From Octopus vulgaris (taxonomy: Eukaryota), in the NCBI GenBank assembly GCA_951406725.2, contig OX597841.1, positions 25,048,001 through 25,112,000 of the forward strand: 64,000 bases of DNA, in the 5' to 3' direction. The translations under genes were made by a program, and so were the position numbers. The notes under the pieces were generated by a model that was not told the origin of the DNA, made no database searches, and was given only the letters and a program-made list of their open reading frames with translations. Positions within the stretch are counted from its first letter, which is position 1. Every line of letters starts with the position of its first letter. Shown one piece after another: positions 56,631-64,000 of this stretch.

Positions 56631-56764
56631 CTGCAATAGACAAAAGTAAAAATAAAACGAAAATACAGCTGCCATAAACAATATTGGAATGAGAAATAAT
56701 GATTCATGCAAGCAAATTATAGATAAATCATATATAAAGATATCATATAATGTATCTATCTATC

Positions 56765-56818
<54 letters not shown>

Positions 56819-57204
56819 AATCTGAGTATGTCTGACTGACTGTGTGTCTGTGTGTGTGCATCACTAAAACTCGAGAACTACCCAACCAATTACGCATGCC
56901 TTACTTTAGGTCCATGCAGTGTTATGGGCCAAATGAAGTTTCAGCTTCTTAACTTATGCGAGCCCGGAGCAAAGTCTTAACTCTTACGCTGTTTCAGTAT
57001 TACGTGTCAAAAGTGAAACAATAACATCTCTATTGTAATGTATGATAATACTTTCAGTTTAATTCTTTCACTATTAATACTTCCAGTAAGTATATAATAC
57101 ATACACAGTCAAAAATTAATACTGACACTATTATATCACATACATGCATACATACATGTATATGTATGCATGCATATATGTGTATATACATCTGCACATA
57201 TATA

Positions 57205-57284
<80 letters not shown>

Positions 57285-57618
57285 TATATTTGTAAGCCCA
57301 GTACTTATTCTATCGGTCCCTTTTGCCAACCGCTAAATAACGGGGACATAAAAATACCAGCATCGGTTCTTAAGCAATGCTAGGGGGACAAACACAGGCA
57401 CACACAGACACATATATATATACATATATACGACGGGCTTCTTTCAGTTTCCGTCTACCAAATCCACTCACAAGGATTTGGTCGGCCCGAGGCTATAGAA
57501 GAAGACCATTGCCCAAGGTGCCACGCAGTGGGACTGAACCTGGAACCATGTGGTTGGTAAACAAGCTACTTACCGCACAGCCACTCCTGCGCCCATATAT
57601 ATATATATATATATATAT

Positions 57619-59234
57619 ATTAGAGATAAAACCACTATTAGGCATATATGTATATATATATATATTGGTTATGATCACTCATTTTAGCTTATACCTATAA
57701 GAGCATGGGGAAAGACTTTATAGTATGAGGAGAGTTTCTATATAAAAAGTTTTTTTATATATTTATTAATCATATGAGATTTTTAGAATATATTTAATAA
57801 TTAGTGGTTTTTAATCATTTAAATTATTTAATTTATTTTGTATCAAGTATTATTTATCATAGTTATTTTATTAATAAATATTATAGTATAGAGAGATTTT
57901 ATTCTTTATTTGTGACTTCATTCTATTTACACTGATGAACCATTAATATTCCCATTCACAATCTCATTGATAAAGCGTATGTTCCTCACGCTTAATGAAT
58001 TCTTCAAAAATTTATTCTTTTTTTGCTAATAACGTAATTCCACGAGTATTCTTATAAACACTGTAAAGACGTTTTCCGATTCAAAATTTTAGTTCATTAC
58101 TAAACCTCGCTAAGATAAGTATTTATTTATATTTAAGATCTTCAAATTGTAAATTTTAATATTGTATTAGTCTTTGGTGTAATAATATTTTCCTTTTGTA
58201 AATATCGTTGTTTTTGTAATGATCTAATTATCGTAATTTTCTATATTATTAGATATTAAATTTAAGTTTATTCGATAGCGATAGATTTGTTATTTAATAG
58301 CAAGTATACGAGGTGTATAAAGCTAGGCTTTTGTATATACATGTTTTAATAGTATTAATTGTAGTTTTAAATTTCTTATAATTAAATTAGATAAACTTTG
58401 ATAAACTTAGATATGTTTCGACTAAAGATTGGTCCATACCATGTCTAATTTATTAGCATAACTTAGTTATTGTTTTTTTAAATTGACATTTGCTAGTTAT
58501 TCCCATGATAATTATATTTATAGTATTTATAGTATTTATTCGATACTATATTACTACGAATTGATTATTTCTATAAGTATTTTACATAAGATTTCCGAAA
58601 GTTCGTTTAAGTTTGTTTATTTGTATTTTGAAAATAGCTATTTCATCTTTAAATATGAAAAGTTAATTTATTAGGTTTTTATTATATGTGCATATATATT
58701 TATTTATAGAGATTATTTTAGATCTTAATTATAATATTTATATACATTTATATATTTTCATTGATAATTTATATATAATAGTCATTTTTAAATATTTATG
58801 CAATTAGATATAGACTAATACCGATATTAGATTATTGGTTGGTTTCCTACCTTATAAATTAAATTTAATATTTAACATTATAGTCGATTTTGATATAATC
58901 ATAATTCTTAAGTTTTATGTTTCTAGTTTGATAATAGAGTTTACTATAAGTAAAATTATTATATTATTTACATCTTTAAAATATTGTTTAAATATTTCTG
59001 ATTATTTTTTAGATATTTCAAATAACCTGAAGATTGACTGTAACCAAAACTCGAATTATTAATTGAATTTAAATCATTGTTATTCGAATTGTACAGCCAT
59101 GAAACGATCGTAGTGTTTTACTCTTTATCATTTATTAAACTTTTAATACTTTTGATATATAAATTAAATTAATTTTATGTATTGGCTTATGTTTTTCATT
59201 GTTTGATTTGCCTAATAGTGGTTTTATCTCTAAT
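57619..59234. mobile_element. AT-rich element with 26-bp terminal inverted repeats inserted in (TA)n
   Basis: ATTAGAGATAAAACCACTATTAGGCA (57619-57644) and TGCCTAATAGTGGTTTTATCTCTAAT (59209-59234); a related end occurs at ~52460. Confidence 0.65.
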
Positions 59235-59237
59235 TTA

Positions 59238-59279
<42 letters not shown>

Positions 59280-59318
59280 CAGAGAGAGAGAGAGAAATAG
59301 ATAGATAGATAGATAGAT

Positions 59319-59395
<77 letters not shown>

Positions 59396-59790
59396 TGTAT
59401 GTAGAGATGTGTATGTATATGTATAGATGTATAAATAAAGTTATCTCCCAAATTCCGTCCTTTACCTGTTGTTTCTAGCATGTTCGAATGAAATTTGGGT
59501 CCCCATTCCCTTATCCTATCCTCATTCTATTCACATTCCTATGTTTTCCATACAGGAGATTTGCTCCTTCCACCCACCCAAACACGTTCGTAATACTTTG
59601 ACTTTCTCCCTCCCAAACTCTATTTCTTTATTCTTTACTTTTCCCACGTCTTTTTCTCGGTAATCCACGATGAAACAAACAGACAGCTCGAATCTTTAAG
59701 AGTCTTCTTTCTTTTTTCTTACAGAAACACTAACATCTCCTTCCCCCAACATCCTCTCATAACCTCACAACTTTCAAATAACTACAGAGA

Positions 59791-59851
<61 letters not shown>

Positions 59852-61711
59852 TCGCGCATGTGCATTTTTTCGTTATGGATTCAATAAGTGAGTTGCCCAT
59901 CTTGACGCATGACGTATCAAATGATTCAGTAATCTTTCGATTACTAAAGAAAGTATGTTTTTGGCACAACAACTCTTTTTTACTACTAAAAAAAGTCGGA
60001 AACGAGGTTGGGTAGGACAATTTTTACGTCACATCCCGGCTATATTTCGATTTGCTTCTCATGTATTACTTTCGTCCGATGTTTCATGCATGCGTACAAT
60101 CCCATTGAAATACCGCGCGTAAAAAAATCTTGTTATCCCTCTGTTTCAATTTCTCATTATAATGTCTGGAGACGCTGTGTTGTCGACATATTTTCACTCA
60201 AAAGCGAATCAAAGTAATTTTTTCGCGCAAATTATTAATATACCTTACTTTATTTCTTACACAGTTCATCAACCACAGTTCATCAATCATGAAGCCAGAC
60301 ATTGCTCCATTAGTACCGCCCAACCTCTGCGCACCAGTATAACCCATTTCTTTTCAAGAAGCACACCGTGTCTTTACTCTCTTTTTACTTGTTTCAGTCA
60401 TTTGACTGCGGCCATGCTGGAGCACCGCCTTTAGTCGAGCAAATCGTCCCCGGGACTTATTCTTTGTAAGCCCAGTACTTATTCTATCGGTCTCTTTTGC
60501 CGAACCGCTAAGTTACGGGGACGTAAACACACCAGCATCGGTTGTCAAGCAATGCTAGGGGGACAAAAATTTCCACACACACACACACACACACACACAT
60601 ACATATATACATATACATATATACGACGGGCTTCTTTCAGTTTCCGTCCCCCAAATCCACTCACAAGGCATTGGTCGGCCCGGGGCTATAGCAGAATACA
60701 CTTGCCCAAGGTGCCACGCAGTGGTACTGAACCTGGAACCATGTGGTTGGTTAGCAAGCTACATACCACACAGTCACTCCTGTATACATTTATGCTAAAT
60801 TGCCCACATCACCAATACTGTTTAGTCCACTTCACAGAAAATGATATCAGAAATATGATTAACCGATGTTCGTGTGTTTACATCCCTGCAAGTTAGCGGT
60901 TAAGCAAAAGAGACCGATAGAATAAGTATTGGGCTTATAAAGAATAAATCCTTGGGTTAATTGCCTTGACTAAAATCACTTTAAGGCGGTGCTCCAGCAT
61001 GGCCACAGTCAAAAAGACTGAAGCAAATAAGAGAATAAAAGAATATATATGCCAACCACATAGTTCTGGGTTCAGTCCCACTGCGTGGCATGTTCGTCAA
61101 GTGTCTTCTACTATAGCCTCGGGCTGACCAAATCATTGTGAGTGGATTTGGTAGACGGAAACTGAAAGAAACTCGTCGTATATATGTATATACGGCAGTG
61201 CATCAGCATGGCCGCAGCTCTGAGCTGAAACTAGAGAAAAAAACATATATATATATATGTGTGTGTATGTTTGTGTGTATGTGTTTGTCCCCCTAGCCTT
61301 GCTTGACAACCGATGCTGGTGTGTTTATGTCCCCGTCACTTAGCGGTTCGGCAAAAGAGACCAATAGAATAAGTACTGGGTTTACAAAGAATAAGTCCCG
61401 GGGTCGAGTTGCTCGATTAAAGGCGGTGCTCCAGCATGGCCGCAGTCAAATGACTGAAACAAGTAAAAGAGTAAAAGATATATAAATATACATACATATA
61501 TTTTTTTTATATTATTCTTTACAATGTTTCGGCTATGAGAGAGTGTATATTATTTAGATATTCGGATTACCCAGCTTACCCATCTGTTCCCTGCCATGCA
61601 ACCGCTTTCCTCTGTCCTTGTGAGGATTACACCAGCACAGCCTATGCTCAGCAACACAGGAGGCCGCGACATTGGCGGCGAGGCTTTCCAAAGACTATAT
61701 GTTGCACGATA

Positions 61712-62129
61712 AAAGGCGGCGAGCTGGCAGAAACGTTAGCACGCCGGGCGAAATGCGTTGCTGTATTTCGTCTGCCGTTACGTTCCGAGTTCAAATTCCG
61801 CCGAGGTCGACTTTGCCTTTCATCCTTCCGGGGTCGATAAATTGAGTACCAGTTACGCACTGGGGTCGATGTAATCGACTTAATCCCTTTGCCTGTCCTT
61901 GTTTGTCTCCTCTGTGTTTAGCCCCTTGTGGGTAGTAAAGAAATAGGTATTTCGTCTGCTGTTACGTTCTGAGTTCAAATTCCGCCGAGGTCGACTTTGC
62001 CTTTCATCCTTCCGGGGTCGATAAATTAAGTACCAGTTACGCACTGGGGTCGATGTAATCGACTTAATCCCTTTGCCTGTCCTTGTTTGTCTCCTCTGTG
62101 TTTAGCCCCTTGTGGGTAGTAAAGAAATA
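61712..62129 (+). mobile_element. Family-C SINE with internal tandem duplication and 16-bp TSD
   Basis: TATATGTTGCACGATA at 61696-61711 and 62130-62145; the body from GTATTTCGTCTGC to GTAGTAAAGAAATA occurs twice. Confidence 0.88.
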
Positions 62130-62349
62130 TATATGTTGCACGATACACTGCTTATTCTATCAGCACCTATTGACTTTCAATACCAGTAATTAACGACTTT
62201 CTAGACACGAACGTGTAATTACTGACTGCTCTTCCAACCGATATGCATGAATAGACCTATTAATCAGCGCCTATGCTAAGTGCATGAAATTACTACAATA
62301 TTAATATTGCTTCATGTTGTGTTCCTTCACTTTCTTAATTGTTTCATTG

Positions 62350-64000
62350 TGAGGGCGCGTGGCTTAGTGGTTAGGGCATTCGGCTCATGATCGTAAGGTT
62401 GTGAGTTCGATTCCCGGCGACGCGTTGTGTCCTTGAGCAAGACACTTTATTTCACGTTGCTCCAGTCAACTCAGCTGGCAAAAATGAGTTGTACTTGTAT
62501 TTCAAAGGGTCAGCCTTGTCACTCTCTGTGTCACGCTGATTATCCCCGAGAACTACGTTAAGGGTACACGTGTCTGTGGAATGCTCAGCCATTTGCACGT
62601 TAATTTCACAAGCAGGCTGTTCCGTTGAGTCGGATCAACCGGAACCCTCGTCGTCGTAACCGACTGAGTGCTTCCATCCGAGGCTCCAGCAGGGGATGGT
62701 GGTGATCCCTGCTGTACTCTTTCGCCACAAACTTTCTCTCACTCTTACTTCCTGTTTCTGTTGTACCTGTATTTCAAAGGGCCGGCCTTGTCACTCTCTG
62801 TGTCACGCTGATTATCCCCGAGAACTACGTTAAGGGTACACGTGTCTGTGGAGTGCTCAGCCATTTGCACGTTAATTTCACGAGCAGGCTGTTCCTTTGA
62901 TCGTATCAGCTGGGACCCTCGTCGTCGTAACCGGCGGAGTCTTTAAAATGTGTTTGTGGTGAGGGCGCGTGGCTTAGTGGTTAGGGCATTCGGCTCATGA
63001 TCGTAAGGTTGTGAGTTCGATTCCCGGCGACGCGTTGTGTCCTTGAGCAAGACACTTTATTTCACGTTGCTCCAGTCCATTCAGCTGGCAAAAATGAGTT
63101 GTACTTGTATTTCAAAGGATCAGCCTTGTCACTCTCTGTGTCACGCTGATTATCCCCGAGAACTACGTTAAGGGTACACGTGTCTGTGGAATGCTCAGCC
63201 ATTTGCACGTTAATTTCACGAGCAGGCTGTTCCGTTGATCGGATCAACCGGAACCCTCGTCATCGTAACCGACTGAGTGCGTCCATCCGAGGCTTCGGCA
63301 GGGGATGGTGGTGATCCCTGCTGTACTCTTTCACCACAACTTTCTCTCAATCTTACTTCCTGTTTCTGTTGTACCTGTAATTCAAAGGGCCGGCCTTGTC
63401 ACACTCTGTGTCACGCTGATTATCCCCGAGAACTACGTTAAGGGTACACGTGTCTGTGGAGTGCTCAGCCATTTGCACGTTAATTTCACGAGCAGGCTGT
63501 TCCGTTGATCGGATCAACCGGAACCCTCGTCATCGTAACCGACTGAGTGCGTCCATCCGAGGCTCCAGCAGGGGATGGTGGTGATCCCTGCTGTACTCTT
63601 TCACCACAACTTTCTCTCAATCTTACTTCCTGTTTCTGTTGTACCTGTAATTCAAAGGGCCGGCCTTGTCACTCTCTGTGTCACGCTGATTATCCCCGAG
63701 AACTACGTTAAGGGTACACGTGTCTGTGGAGTGCTCAGCCATTTGCACGTTAATTTCACGAGCAGGCTGTTCCTTTGATCGTATCAGCTGGGACCCTCGT
63801 CGTCGTAACCGGCGGAGTCTTTAAAATGTGTTTGTGGTGAGGGCGCGTGGCTTAGTGGTTAGGGCATTCGGCTCATGATCGTAAGGTTGTGAGTTCGATT
63901 CCCGGCGACGCGTTGTGTCCTTGAGCAAGACACTTTATTTCACGTTGCTCCAGTCCACTCAGCTGGCAAAAATGAGTTGTACTTGTATTTCAAAGGGTCA
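62350..64000 (+). repeat. Tandem array of composite SINE units (family D head + family B 3' modules)
   Basis: Head GAGGGCGCGTGGCTTAGTGGTTAG...GAGTTCGATTCCC...GTGTCCTTGAGCAAGACACTT at ~62351, 62960 and 63839, separated by one or two extra ~270-bp modules; runs off the window end. Confidence 0.85.

Noticed and set aside
62351-62420. tRNA gene (CAT anticodon-like loop)
   Set aside because: No proper acceptor stem; it continues into a SINE body and is repeated in tandem, so it is a SINE head.

Overview
AT-rich, microsatellite- and SINE-dense eukaryotic genomic DNA. The repeat landscape suggests an invertebrate, plausibly a cephalopod such as octopus (inference only). The only host gene family present is a GT10 alpha-1,3-fucosyltransferase resembling Drosophila FucTA, with two coding exons split by a phase-2 intron (AA|GTAAGT ... 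TGCAG|A). On the + strand, a ~5.0-5.2 kb unit is tandemly repeated: four large-exon copies lie in the window and the window opens inside a fifth unit. Each unit carries only the large N-terminal exon and its donor, and stops ~100 bp short of the acceptor. All copies therefore face one shared C-terminal exon at 22046-22367, a 'variable exons + constant exon' layout like UGT1A or clustered protocadherins. Two more paralogs lie on the - strand, convergent with the array: one has both exons (exon 1 frameshifted), and one has only exon 2 in the window. The rest is satellites (34-bp; 103-bp with an 807-bp higher-order period), nested DNA transposons and a Helitron, Penelope-like elements, LINE and mariner relics, several tRNA-derived SINE families and hammerhead-ribozyme-like motifs. 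All alignments and counts were done by eye.
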